A program made the position numbers and the translations under genes. Source: a virus (taxonomy: Duplodnaviria; Caudoviricetes). Taken from it: 64,000 nt of DNA. The stretch lies in IMG/VR virus record IMGVR_UViG_3300030095_005604, positions 3,448 to 67,447 of that record; one strand, 5' to 3'. Positions within the stretch are counted from its first letter, which is position 1. Each line of letters opens with the position of its first letter. A model generated the notes under the pieces. That model was given only the letters and a program-made list of their open reading frames with translations, was not told the origin of the DNA and did no database searches. Shown piece by piece: positions 1-9,768 of the stretch.

Positions 1-963
1 GAAGCTACTACATTGACTGGTCAGTCGTTAATTAAATTTACAGAAAAAGTGACGAATTTCTATTACAACAACGAGTTAGGTGATAAAAAAGACTATTGTA
101 TTTATACAGATACAGATTCAGTATTTTATCCTGCTACCCCTTTAGTTAAACATAGATTCCCTGATGGTGATTTGAATGATGATACATTTATGACAGAACA
201 AATTCTATCAGTTGCTAAAGAAGTTCAAGACTTCATTAATAAATCATATGATTATTTTGCTCATAAATTTTTAAATATAAAAAGAGGCCATAGATTTGAT
301 ATTAAACAAGAATGTATTGCTAAGGCTGGATTTTGGGTTACAAAGAAAAGATATGGGCAATGGATTATCAACGATGGTGGTGTTGTTTGTGATAGACTTG
401 ATGTAAAAGGATTAGATATTGTAAGGTCAAACTTTCCTCCTGCTATGAGAGAGTTGATGAAAGGTGTTTTACAAGATATTTTAGCTAACAAAGACAAACA
501 ATTAATAGATGACCAGATTTTAGAATTTAAGGATGCAATGAAAACTAAAAACATCGTTGATGTTGCTCTACCTACTGGTGTTAAGAATTTAAAAAAGTAT
601 ATGGTAAAAGGTAAAAAAACATCTACTTTTACAAAAGTAATGAAAGGGACTCCAGCGCATGTTAAGTGTGCTATCATTTACAATGACTTATTAAATTATT
701 TTAAAACAGATAATCAATATGGTCCTATCAGTAATGGAGAAAAGATTAAGTGGGTTTATTTGAAGGATAATCATTTGAAATGTGCCGCTGTAGGTTTCAA
801 AGGTTATGAGGACCCGCCACAAGTTATGGAGTTTGTTAAACAATATGTTGATTATGATAAATTGTTTGAAAGAGCTCTCAAGAAAAAAATTCATATGTTT
901 TATGATGCGTTGAAATGGGATTTTCCAGTAAAGGAAGAAAATACACTTTCGAGGTTTTTTTAG
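1..963 (+). CDS. Family B DNA polymerase, C-terminal part (T4 gp43-like); 5' end lies outside the window
   Basis: Frame is open from base 1 (EATTLTGQS). Motifs YTDTDS, KKRY and KGLDIVRS. Confidence 0.95.
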   Translation, partial: EATTLTGQSLIKFTEKVTNFYYNNELGDKKDYCIYTDTDSVFYPATPLVKHRFPDGDLNDDTFMTEQILSVAKEVQDFINKSYDYFAHKFLNIKRGHRFDIKQECIAKAGFWVTKKRYGQWIINDGGVVCDRLDVKGLDIVRSNFPPAMRELMKGVLQDILANKDKQLIDDQILEFKDAMKTKNIVDVALPTGVKNLKKYMVKGKKTSTFTKVMKGTPAHVKCAIIYNDLLNYFKTDNQYGPISNGEKIKWVYLKDNHLKCAAVGFKGYEDPPQVMEFVKQYVDYDKLFERALKKKIHMFYDALKWDFPVKEENTLSRFF

Positions 964-993
964 TTGACGCGTATAGGAAAAGTTTCGTATATT
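964..993 (+). promoter_or_regulatory. sigma70-like promoter
   Basis: TTGACG-N18-TATATT, followed by SD AGGAG before ATG 1021. Confidence 0.75.
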
Positions 994-1020
994 AATAATA
1001 TAAAATTCATAGGAGAATAA

Positions 1021-1752
1021 ATGAATAAAAGTACATTAAATAGGTTCATTCAGAAATACAATCTGAGTGGAAATGCTGAACAAGTTAAATGGTCGTTCAA
1101 TGGTGATAAAACACTTTCAACAAGATTTATCACAGGTGACAAAAGTTTATTAGGTTCAGTTAAGTTACAACAAGTTGACTTTGATGATGTTGATTTAGGA
1201 GTCTATGATACAGCTACTCTAAAGAGTTTATTAGCTGTATTAGATGATGACATTGATATTTCATTAACAAGACTTGATGAGAAAGCAATCAATATGATTG
1301 TAAAGAATAAAACAAATACAGGTGTGTCTGTTAATTATACATTATCAGATTTGTCTGTTATACCTGATGCTCCTGCATTAAAGAAAGTTCCACATTTTGG
1401 TACAGAGATAAACATTACAACAGATGTGATTGATAAATTTATCAAAGGTAAATCAGCTCTTCAAGATACAGAGAGATTTACAATTATAAATAAAGATGGT
1501 CAATGCTCACTTGTAATTGGATATTCTGCTACAAATACAAACAGAGTTAGTATTCCAGTTAGTACTTCTACTTGTGAATTAGTTGACAATTTATCATTTA
1601 ATGCTGATTTATTTAAAGAAGTATTGGTTGCTAATCGTGAATGTAGAACAGCTACTTTAAAAGTTGCTAATGAAGGACTTGCTAAAATAGTATTCAATGT
1701 AGATAATTTTGAATCAGAATACTTTATGGTTTCAATGGAAGATGTTGATTAA
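1021..1752 (+). CDS. DNA polymerase sliding clamp (gp45-like)
   Basis: 243 aa, between PolB and the clamp loader; two-domain clamp-like sequence (FNADLFKEVL...EGLAKIVF). Confidence 0.8.
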   Translation: MNKSTLNRFIQKYNLSGNAEQVKWSFNGDKTLSTRFITGDKSLLGSVKLQQVDFDDVDLGVYDTATLKSLLAVLDDDIDISLTRLDEKAINMIVKNKTNTGVSVNYTLSDLSVIPDAPALKKVPHFGTEINITTDVIDKFIKGKSALQDTERFTIINKDGQCSLVIGYSATNTNRVSIPVSTSTCELVDNLSFNADLFKEVLVANRECRTATLKVANEGLAKIVFNVDNFESEYFMVSMEDVD

Positions 1753-2660
1753 TGGAGAATACATTATGGGTAGAAAAATATAGACCTCGTGATTTACAAA
1801 CTTATATTGGTAATGAACATCTTAAAAGTAAAGTAAAATTATATCTTGAAACTGAAGATGTTCCTCATCTATTATTATATGGTAGAGCCGGTACTGGTAA
1901 AACAACATTGGCTAAAGTTATTGTAAATAATATTGATTGTGATACATTGTATATAAATGCTTCTGATGAGAATAGTGTTGATGCAGTCCGTTTTAAAATT
2001 CGTTCATTTGCTTCAACAACAGGTTTTAAAGATATGAAAGTTATCATACTTGATGAGGCTGATTATCTTACACCTAATGCTCAAGCGGCTCTTCGTAATC
2101 TAATGGAAACATTCTCAAAACATTGTCGATTCATATTGACTTGTAATTATGTAGAGAGAATAATTGACCCAATTCAATCAAGATGTCAATCATACAAAAT
2201 TGTACCTCCTTCTAAGAAAGAAGTTGCACAACAATTGGTTCATATCTTGAAAGAAGAGAATTGTACTTTTGAACTTGATGATGTAGCTTTGATTGTTAAT
2301 GCAGGTTATCCTGACATTCGTAGAGTTATTAATTCAGCTCAAAGACAAATCGTTGATGGTAAGTTGAAGATTGATACGAGTTCTATAATTCAAAATGATT
2401 ATAAAATAAAATTATTAGAAATGTTAACAAGTAATTCTAAACTAAATGATATGAGAAAATTGATTGCTGATAATTCAGTTAGTGATTATTCAGAGTTGTT
2501 TAGATTGTTGTACGATGAGGTTGAAACATATGGTAAAGATAAAGTTACAGAGTGTATACTAGCTATAGCAAGTGGACAACATCAAGATGTAAATGTAGTA
2601 GACAAGGAGATAAACTTTGTTTCTACTTTAATTAAAATAAAAAGAATATTAGGAGATTAA
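1752..2660 (+). CDS. Clamp loader AAA+ subunit (gp44/RFC small subunit)
   Basis: LWVEKYRP, Walker A GRAGTGKT, Walker B ILDEAD, SRC motif. Confidence 0.95.
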   Translation: MENTLWVEKYRPRDLQTYIGNEHLKSKVKLYLETEDVPHLLLYGRAGTGKTTLAKVIVNNIDCDTLYINASDENSVDAVRFKIRSFASTTGFKDMKVIILDEADYLTPNAQAALRNLMETFSKHCRFILTCNYVERIIDPIQSRCQSYKIVPPSKKEVAQQLVHILKEENCTFELDDVALIVNAGYPDIRRVINSAQRQIVDGKLKIDTSSIIQNDYKIKLLEMLTSNSKLNDMRKLIADNSVSDYSELFRLLYDEVETYGKDKVTECILAIASGQHQDVNVVDKEINFVSTLIKIKRILGD

Positions 2661-2661
2661 T

Positions 2662-2901
2662 ATGGCAATGTTAAATGACCCAAGTGGTGGTCCAGGAATG
2701 CACATTGATATGTCTAATGCTGTAGATATGAAATGTGAAAAATGTGAGTGGAAAACTTTTAAAAATACACACTTGATAAAAACTATATCAGCATTAGTGT
2801 CACCATCTGGAAAAGATATGATAATACCTATTCCAGTTTTTGCTTGTGAAAAATGTGGGCATGTAAATAACGAGTTTTTAAAAAATGAGTTTGAAGAGTA
2901 A
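2662..2901 (+). CDS. Small zinc-ribbon protein
   Basis: CEKC...CEKCGH, 79 aa, SD AGGAG. Confidence 0.6.
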   Translation: MAMLNDPSGGPGMHIDMSNAVDMKCEKCEWKTFKNTHLIKTISALVSPSGKDMIIPIPVFACEKCGHVNNEFLKNEFEE

Positions 2902-3314
2902 TGACATTATTTGATTGGTTAAATCAAATTCTTTTACACAAAAAGGATTGGAAAGACTTTGATGAATCAGAACAGAAAACATTCAATACATTTATGATAA
3001 ATAGATTTTTGTCAATGAGTAGTGATTTTGTAGAAGCTGTTAACATTTGTCAAGAACATACTTATCAAATGAAAGATAAAGATGTTTATAACTTATATAA
3101 AAATTTGTTTCCTAAACAGAAAAAGTTTTTAAGATATATTAAAGGTAAGAAAGACAAGTTTCCTAAAAAAATGGTCTCATTTCTTTCTAACCATTTCGAA
3201 GTAAGTCAGAGAGAAATTGTAGATTATCTTGAAATTTTAAATAAGGAAACAATCGAAGAGATTTGTAAACATTACGGTAAAAATAAAAAACAGATTAAGG
3301 AATTAATGAAATGA
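2901..3314 (+). CDS. Clamp loader small subunit (gp62-like)
   Basis: FMINRFLSM...LFPKQKKFLRYIK resembles gp62; context fits. Confidence 0.7.
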   Translation: MTLFDWLNQILLHKKDWKDFDESEQKTFNTFMINRFLSMSSDFVEAVNICQEHTYQMKDKDVYNLYKNLFPKQKKFLRYIKGKKDKFPKKMVSFLSNHFEVSQREIVDYLEILNKETIEEICKHYGKNKKQIKELMK

Positions 3315-3523
3315 ATCAATTGATACAAGCAGCAACAGACGCTTATCAAGCACAAAGAACAGAAGCATTAGCTCATTTGGATTTATTATTCAATGACGCT
3401 AAAATGATTGGAGAACACTCAGATTTACTAACCGAAGTAAAGAAATGGACAGAAAGTTTATCACAAGCCGAAGAAAACTTGGAAACTTTAAGAAGGAACT
3501 TTGATGTATCGAAATCAAAATAA
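3311..3523 (+). CDS. Hypothetical helical protein
   Basis: ORF coupled by ATGA overlap. Confidence 0.55.
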   Translation: MNQLIQAATDAYQAQRTEALAHLDLLFNDAKMIGEHSDLLTEVKKWTESLSQAEENLETLRRNFDVSKSK

Positions 3524-3527
3524 AAGC

Positions 3528-3556
3528 TTGTTTTTGTCGATAATTAGTTGTATATT
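3528..3556 (+). promoter_or_regulatory. sigma70-like promoter, probably giving a leaderless mRNA
   Basis: TTGTTT-N17-TATATT; ATG 3562 is 5 nt after the -10 and has no SD. Confidence 0.55.
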
Positions 3557-3561
3557 ATAGT

Positions 3562-4419
3562 ATGAGTAGAATTTCATATTCACAATTATCAATGTTTAAC
3601 GATTGTCCGAAGAGATGGAAACTAAATTATGTTGATAAACTAAGAGTATCAGAATCAAATATTTATTTAGTATTTGGAACTGCCATGCATGAAGTTATAC
3701 AGACATACTTAGATATTATGTATAACAATAGTGTAAAGAATGCTGAAAAATTAGATTTGAACAAAATGTTATTTGATAATTTATGTAGTGAATTTACTAA
3801 AGCAAAAGAACAATATGGTAAGGAACCTTGTACAAAGGAAGAATTACAAGAGTTTCTTCAAGATGGTGTTGATATATTAAACTTTATAAAAACAAGACGA
3901 GCTGATTATTTTCAAAAGAGAGATTATGAATTAGTAGGGTGTGAAGTTCCTATCGAATTAAAATTAAAGAAAAATATTGGATTCATAGGATATTTAGATT
4001 TAGTTATTTTACATAAACCCACAAATACTTTAAAAATTATTGATATAAAAACATCTACTCGTGGTTGGAACAAGTGGCAGAAGATGGATAAAAACAAAAC
4101 TCAACAATTATTGTTATATAAACAATTTTATGCTGAACAATACAAACATCCAATTGATAAAATAGAAGTAGAGTACTTTATAGTAAAAAGAAAATTATGG
4201 GAAAATACGGATTTCCCACAAAAAAGAGTACAGAAGTTTGTGCCTGCTAGTGGAAAGCCAAGTATGAATAAAGTAATAAAGGGATTAGATTTATTCCTAG
4301 AAGTAGCTTTTGACGATGAGGGTAAACACAACACAGATAAAATATTTGCATTACCAAGTAAGAAAGCTTGTAAATGGTGTGAGTTTAGAAAAACAGAATA
4401 TTGCAGTGAAGGAGTTTAA
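3562..4419 (+). CDS. Cas4-like PD-(D/E)XK exonuclease with putative 4Fe-4S cluster
   Basis: N-terminal DCPKRW, GYLDLV...IIDIKTS, QLLLY, C-terminal CKWCEFRKTEYC. Confidence 0.85.
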   Translation: MSRISYSQLSMFNDCPKRWKLNYVDKLRVSESNIYLVFGTAMHEVIQTYLDIMYNNSVKNAEKLDLNKMLFDNLCSEFTKAKEQYGKEPCTKEELQEFLQDGVDILNFIKTRRADYFQKRDYELVGCEVPIELKLKKNIGFIGYLDLVILHKPTNTLKIIDIKTSTRGWNKWQKMDKNKTQQLLLYKQFYAEQYKHPIDKIEVEYFIVKRKLWENTDFPQKRVQKFVPASGKPSMNKVIKGLDLFLEVAFDDEGKHNTDKIFALPSKKACKWCEFRKTEYCSEGV

Positions 4420-4791
4420 ATGGATTATACTTTATCGTTAAAAATTTCACTTAATGAAATATTAGAAGAAGGTTTAGATTATGAACGAAAAGTAATGGAG
4501 AACATATTCAGATTTAGTAATTATATAGGTTCAAGACATTTTAAGGTTATTTTATTTCATTCAAAGATAGATGAAAAAGATATAAAAGGATTTGTGAGTA
4601 GACACGAAAATATTTTATTTCAAATTAATACTAAAATAACTTCAACAAATTGTCAAGCTTGGTTTACAATACAAAGAACACAAGATGAAAAATTTGGTCC
4701 GTATCGATATAAGTATGTAGGTAAAATTATAGATGGTCTTGCTCAATATTTCAAAATGGTAAAACATTTAAAAGATAAGGAACAGGCATGA
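4420..4791 (+). CDS. Hypothetical protein
   Basis: ORF in operon. Confidence 0.5.
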   Translation: MDYTLSLKISLNEILEEGLDYERKVMENIFRFSNYIGSRHFKVILFHSKIDEKDIKGFVSRHENILFQINTKITSTNCQAWFTIQRTQDEKFGPYRYKYVGKIIDGLAQYFKMVKHLKDKEQA

Positions 4792-5189
4792 AAATAGCTG
4801 TTGTGGGGAGTAGAAGATACGAAAACAAAAAAAAGATTAAAGATTTTATATTTAAAATAAAACAAAAATATGGTGAGAGAACAATTATTGTAAGTGGTGG
4901 ATGTAAGACTGGTGCTGATAAATATGCTAAAAAATATGCATTAGAGTTGGGATTACAATACGAAGAGTATCCACCATTTCACGAGGTTCACAATTTATAT
5001 TGTGTTTTACCTGAATCAAGATATGATAAACCATTTAGTATGAGAAACTTTTTTGTAAGAAATAAAATCATAGCAAGTGCTTGTGATTTTGTTGCTGGAT
5101 TTGTACCTGAAGGTGTAGAAGCAAAGGGTACAATGAATTGTATAAGTTATGCAAAAAAAATGAAAAAAAATCACATTATTATTTCATAA
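4788..5189 (+). CDS. SLOG-superfamily (DprA/YspA-like) nucleotide-binding protein
   Basis: KIAVVGSR, IVSGGCKTGAD, RNKIIA, GT motif. Confidence 0.75.
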   Translation: MKIAVVGSRRYENKKKIKDFIFKIKQKYGERTIIVSGGCKTGADKYAKKYALELGLQYEEYPPFHEVHNLYCVLPESRYDKPFSMRNFFVRNKIIASACDFVAGFVPEGVEAKGTMNCISYAKKMKKNHIIIS

Positions 5190-5193
5190 TTAT

Positions 5194-5202
5194 ATATTTA
5201 TA
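5194..5202 (+). promoter_or_regulatory. ATA(T/C)TTATA motif, putative second (late-type) promoter class
   Basis: Same motif at 16205, 37484, 58557, 62387 and on the - strand at 60077-60085, always intergenic and upstream of a gene or RNA. Confidence 0.5.
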
Positions 5203-5232
5203 TATACAAATATATTAAAGTAGGAGTTGGTT

Positions 5233-5430
5233 ATGAAAGATAATATAAAACTTACATCTGTAAAATTAATAAAAGGTCTTTATGATAATTTTAAAGTAAA
5301 GACGGTAAATTCTGAAATGTCACTGCAAAAGTTGACAAATAGAGCCTTAGATTTATATTTACAAGAAGAAAAGTTTAGAGAAAAAATAGAAACATCAAAA
5401 AATTTATCCATTAGTGGAAGTAATTTTTAA
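5233..5430 (+). CDS. Ribbon-helix-helix-like small DNA-binding protein
   Basis: beta strand LTSVKL followed by two helices (SLQKLTNRALDLYL); SD AGGAG. Confidence 0.55.
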   Translation: MKDNIKLTSVKLIKGLYDNFKVKTVNSEMSLQKLTNRALDLYLQEEKFREKIETSKNLSISGSNF

Positions 5431-5450
5431 ATAATAGGAGAAAATAGGTT

Positions 5451-6827
5451 ATGTCGAAGAAGAAGATTTTACTCTTGTCGGACGACTTGAGAATGCATTC
5501 CGGAATAGCAACACAATCAAAAGAATTTGTAGTAGGTACACTTGACAAATATGATTGGGTTCAATTAGGTGGGGCTGTAAAACATCCAGAACAAGGAAAA
5601 ATTGTAGATATGGCACCAGCCATTAAAAATGAATATGGGATAAAAAATCCTTATTTAAAAATATATCCTATTTCTGGATATGGTAACCCTGATATTTTAC
5701 GAGATGTTATACGGATAGAAAAACCAGATGCTATAATGCATTTTACAGACCCAAGATTTTGGATTTGGTTATATAATATGGAACACGAAATCAGACAGAA
5801 CATTCCTATTATGTATTACAATATTTGGGACGATATTCCAGACCCTTTATACAATACAAACTTTTACAGAAGTTCAGATATGTTGATGTCAATATCAAAA
5901 CAAACATATGGTATTAATAAAAGAATACTTTCTAAATTTGGATACGAAGATTGGCAAACATCTTATGTTCCTCACGGTATAAGTTCAAAGAGAGTATTCA
6001 AAGTACATCCAGATGACGAAAACTTTAAAGCTTTCGAAAAGAAATTTCATTTAGATAAATATAAATTTAAAGTATTGTATTTAAATCGTAATATCAGAAG
6101 AAAATCACCTGGTGATGTAGCACTAGCATATAAACATATGATGGACAAATTAACACCTGAAGAACGAAAAGATTGTGTATTTGTATGGCATGCAGCAGTT
6201 AGTGATGAAAACGGAACAGATATGAGAGCTGTGTGTGAAACTTTACTACCTGATTATCCAGTAATATTTACACAAGATATAAATGGTCATCATGGATTTA
6301 GTGATGAGCAGATGAATTACTTATACAATTCAGTTGATGTTTATATTAATATGGCTTCTAACGAAGGATTTGGGTTAGGAAGTTGTGAAGCACTTCACGC
6401 AGGAACACCAATTGTAGTTAATGTAACTGGTGGATTACAAGACCAATGTGGATTCAAAAACGAAAAAGGTGAATATTTAACTGGTGAAGATTATGTTAAA
6501 TTACAATCTAATCACAGAGGAACATATAAAGACCACGGTGAATGGGTTGTACCTGTATTTCCAAGTAACATATCATTATGTGGTTCGCCAATGACACCAT
6601 ACATTTTTGATGATAGATGTCAGTATGAAGATGCTGGAGATGCTCTTTGGTCTTGGTATCAAAGAGGACCTGAAGAGAGAGAAAGATGTGGTGAAGCTGG
6701 AAGACAATTTGTTTTAAATGAAGGTAGAATGACTGGTAAACATCTTTCAGAATCGTTTATTAAAAACATTGAGACTACACTTGAGAAATGGAAACCAAAA
6801 GAAAAATATACAATGGAGGCTGTGTAA
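5451..6827 (+). CDS. GT-B glycosyltransferase (GT4-like)
   Basis: SDDLRMHSGIA, NRNIRRK, ASNEGFGLGSCEALHAGTP. Confidence 0.9.
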   Translation: MSKKKILLLSDDLRMHSGIATQSKEFVVGTLDKYDWVQLGGAVKHPEQGKIVDMAPAIKNEYGIKNPYLKIYPISGYGNPDILRDVIRIEKPDAIMHFTDPRFWIWLYNMEHEIRQNIPIMYYNIWDDIPDPLYNTNFYRSSDMLMSISKQTYGINKRILSKFGYEDWQTSYVPHGISSKRVFKVHPDDENFKAFEKKFHLDKYKFKVLYLNRNIRRKSPGDVALAYKHMMDKLTPEERKDCVFVWHAAVSDENGTDMRAVCETLLPDYPVIFTQDINGHHGFSDEQMNYLYNSVDVYINMASNEGFGLGSCEALHAGTPIVVNVTGGLQDQCGFKNEKGEYLTGEDYVKLQSNHRGTYKDHGEWVVPVFPSNISLCGSPMTPYIFDDRCQYEDAGDALWSWYQRGPEERERCGEAGRQFVLNEGRMTGKHLSESFIKNIETTLEKWKPKEKYTMEAV

Positions 6828-8194
6828 TGAAAAAACTTATTTTAATGTGTGCGCCATTTTCATCACGAAGTGGTTATGGTAATCATGCTAGAGATATTTA
6901 TAGATGTTTATGGAAACTTGAAGAGTATGAGATTAAATGTTTAGATGTCCGTTGGGGAGATTGTCCAAGGAATGCTCTTGAAGCTCCAGGAGAGTTCAAT
7001 GATAGTTTAAAATCTACTTTTGTAGAACAAGGACCTAAAGGTATAAGTTTAGATAGACAACCTGATATTTACATGGACATTAGAATACCTAATGAATTTC
7101 AACAGATAGGAAAAGTAAACATCGGTATAACTGCAGGAGTTGAAACAAGTGCTGTCTCAGCTGCTTGGTTAGATGGATGTAACAAAATGGATTTAATTAT
7201 CACGGTATCTGAACATTCTAAAATGGGTTTTGTAGGTGCCAAGTATGATAAAGTTCAAAACTTACCTGACGGCAAACAACAAAAAGTTGGTGAGTTAAAA
7301 TTAGAAAAACCAATTGAAGTATTGTTTGAAGGATTAGAAATAGATACTTTCAAGCCATTAAAAAGTTCAGAATTGAAAACACCAATATCAAAAACTCTTG
7401 ATAGTATTGAAGAAAGTTTTTGTTACTTGATGGTAGGACAATGGTGTAATGGTGGTTTTGGAGAAGATAGAAAAGACATACCAAGAGCAATTAAAACATT
7501 TTATGAAACATTTGCTAACAAAACAGCACCACCAGCATTAGTTGTAAAAACCAGCGGTGCTACATTTTCAATATTGGATAGGGAAGAATGTAAAAAGAAA
7601 TTAAACGCTATAAAAAATCAATTTCCAGCAGATGTAAAATTACCAAATGTGTATTTTATACACGGTAGTTTAACTACAGAAGAAATGAATGAGATGTATA
7701 ATCATCATAAAATTAAATCATTTTATTTGACAACACATGGAGAAGGATTTGGAAGACCTCTATTAGAAGCTTCTTTCACAGGTCTACCTATAATTACTTC
7801 TAATTGGAGTGGTCACTTAGATTTTCTTGACGAAGAGCATTGTTTACTTGTATCAGGTAAATTAGAAAAAGTTCCTCGTTCTGTTGTGTGGAAAGATATT
7901 ATAGTAGAAGAATCTCAATGGTTTGTAGCTAGTACCAGTAGTGTAAGTTCTGCTTTAACTTTTATTTATAGTAATTATAATGAATGTAAACAAAGAGCTT
8001 TACAATTAATGGAAACAAATAGAGATAAATTTAATACTGAAAAAATGATTGAAAAGTTTAAAAGTATTTTAGACAAAGTATCAGTAGACATTCCAACACA
8101 GGTATCTTTAAATTTACCTAAATTAAAAAAGGTAAGTAAACCGAGCCAACCAAAACTACCTAAATTAAAGAAAGTAACAGGAGCATCAGTATGA
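6827..8194 (+). CDS. GT-B glycosyltransferase (GT4-like)
   Basis: SGYGNHAR, THGEGFGRPLLEASFTGLPII; start moved to ATG 6827 (SD GGAGG). Confidence 0.88.
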   Translation: MKKLILMCAPFSSRSGYGNHARDIYRCLWKLEEYEIKCLDVRWGDCPRNALEAPGEFNDSLKSTFVEQGPKGISLDRQPDIYMDIRIPNEFQQIGKVNIGITAGVETSAVSAAWLDGCNKMDLIITVSEHSKMGFVGAKYDKVQNLPDGKQQKVGELKLEKPIEVLFEGLEIDTFKPLKSSELKTPISKTLDSIEESFCYLMVGQWCNGGFGEDRKDIPRAIKTFYETFANKTAPPALVVKTSGATFSILDREECKKKLNAIKNQFPADVKLPNVYFIHGSLTTEEMNEMYNHHKIKSFYLTTHGEGFGRPLLEASFTGLPIITSNWSGHLDFLDEEHCLLVSGKLEKVPRSVVWKDIIVEESQWFVASTSSVSSALTFIYSNYNECKQRALQLMETNRDKFNTEKMIEKFKSILDKVSVDIPTQVSLNLPKLKKVSKPSQPKLPKLKKVTGASV

Positions 8195-8643
8195 GTATAG
8201 TTATAAAGTGTAGTTTATGTGGAGAGAAATCATTACATATAAACAAAATTGAAGGTACAACTTCTGATACGAGACAATGTATAAATTGTGGTTATGCTTC
8301 GAATACAAATCTAAAAGGTCTCAAAGAAGAAAATGAACAATTCAAAACTTTTTCAGAATTTATACAAAAGTATTCAAAAGAAAGTGATGGGCATATTTGG
8401 TTCCCATCTATGATTAACTTACCAATTGGTAGTTTGTATCCAATTGAAAAAGATGATACATTAAAATGGGCATATGTTAAAATGGTTGATATACCAGAAG
8501 AAGAACAAGAGAATTATCCTGATGAATTAAATCCAGGAAAATTTTTAACAAAGACACTTGATTATGACAATCAACAAATTTTTGATGATTATATCTTTGG
8601 TCTTGCTACAATGCGTGATGAGGTCAAATCAGTAAATGGCTAA
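8191..8643 (+). CDS. Hypothetical zinc-finger protein
   Basis: CSLCG...CINCG. Confidence 0.5.
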   Translation: MSIVIKCSLCGEKSLHINKIEGTTSDTRQCINCGYASNTNLKGLKEENEQFKTFSEFIQKYSKESDGHIWFPSMINLPIGSLYPIEKDDTLKWAYVKMVDIPEEEQENYPDELNPGKFLTKTLDYDNQQIFDDYIFGLATMRDEVKSVNG

Positions 8644-9142
8644 AAATCCAGAACAAAAGGGAAGACAGGTCCCTTCTAAAACTGAAAAAACAGAATCTAA
8701 AAAAAGTTTTAAAGGTAATGAAAGAAGTATTGGATGGAGTTTAAAACAAGCTAGTACTGGACAATTTATTCAATTTACTTATAATGGTAAACGAAGAAGA
8801 GTTTTAGTCTTGTCAGAAAAATACAGAACAAGTAAAAAAAATTCTGTATTAACTTGTGTTGACTTAACACTTCATGCTTTCGCCCCTAATAAACTAAATA
8901 AAATATTCGACATAGGTAGCTTTCCTAGATTAGTCAGAACAGCAATTACAGATACAGATGACTTTAGATTTTTTGAAATAAATCCATCAACAGATTTAGA
9001 ATCACTTGTTAGTAAAAACAAATTCTTTAAAAACAACTATAAAACATTTTTAAGAAAAAAAATAACAGGTGTAGTAAAAATGTGGAATCCTATATTTTCA
9101 CCTGCTATGATTACAAAATTAAATATACAGGATATAGTGTAA
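8636..9142 (+). CDS. Hypothetical basic protein
   Basis: ORF in operon. Confidence 0.5.
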   Translation: MAKNPEQKGRQVPSKTEKTESKKSFKGNERSIGWSLKQASTGQFIQFTYNGKRRRVLVLSEKYRTSKKNSVLTCVDLTLHAFAPNKLNKIFDIGSFPRLVRTAITDTDDFRFFEINPSTDLESLVSKNKFFKNNYKTFLRKKITGVVKMWNPIFSPAMITKLNIQDIV

Positions 9143-9768
9143 TGAAAATAAGTTATAGTATTATGACTCACAATGAAACAGATTCATTATCCAAGTTAAT
9201 AGAATTTTTAATGTATAATAAAGACTCAGAAGACGAGATAGTAATTCTTGATGATTATTCAGATAATGAAGAGACAAAAGAAATACTTGATATTACCTGT
9301 TCAATGTATAATAAAGATATAAAATTTGAACAAAGACATTTATTAAAAGATTACGCTGGACAAAAAAATTACTTGACGCGTATGTGTAAAGGTTCGTATA
9401 TTGTAAACATAGATGCTGATGAGATACCACATAAACAATTAATGTCAAATATAAAAACTATAATAGAATCAAATCCAACGATAGACTTATTTTGGGTGCC
9501 GAGAGTAAACACGGTTGATGGTATCACACAAGACCATATGCAACAATGGGGTTGGAATGTTAATGAACATGGTTGGATTAACTTTCCAGATTGGCAAGGC
9601 AGGATTTGGAGAAATAGACCAAACATTATGTGGAAGAATAAAGTACACGAATTATTAACTGGTTATAAAGAACATACTTATCTTCCTGCTGAGGAAGAGT
9701 TTTGTTTTTATCATCCTAAAGACATAGATAGACAAGAAAAACAAAATAAATTTTACGATACAATATGA
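9142..9768 (+). CDS. GT2-family glycosyltransferase
   Basis: ISYSIMTHNE, ILDDYS, IDADE, VHE motif; start ATG 9142. Confidence 0.88.
   Translation: MKISYSIMTHNETDSLSKLIEFLMYNKDSEDEIVILDDYSDNEETKEILDITCSMYNKDIKFEQRHLLKDYAGQKNYLTRMCKGSYIVNIDADEIPHKQLMSNIKTIIESNPTIDLFWVPRVNTVDGITQDHMQQWGWNVNEHGWINFPDWQGRIWRNRPNIMWKNKVHELLTGYKEHTYLPAEEEFCFYHPKDIDRQEKQNKFYDTI
9373..9402 (+). promoter_or_regulatory. Promoter embedded inside the GT2 coding sequence
   Basis: TTGACGCGTAT...TTCG-TATATT with 18-nt spacer; first 11 nt identical to intergenic promoters at 964 and 49199. Confidence 0.55.

Noticed and set aside
1-963. Intein or intron in the polymerase
   Set aside because: The visible C-terminal part is continuous, with no insertion or splicing motifs.
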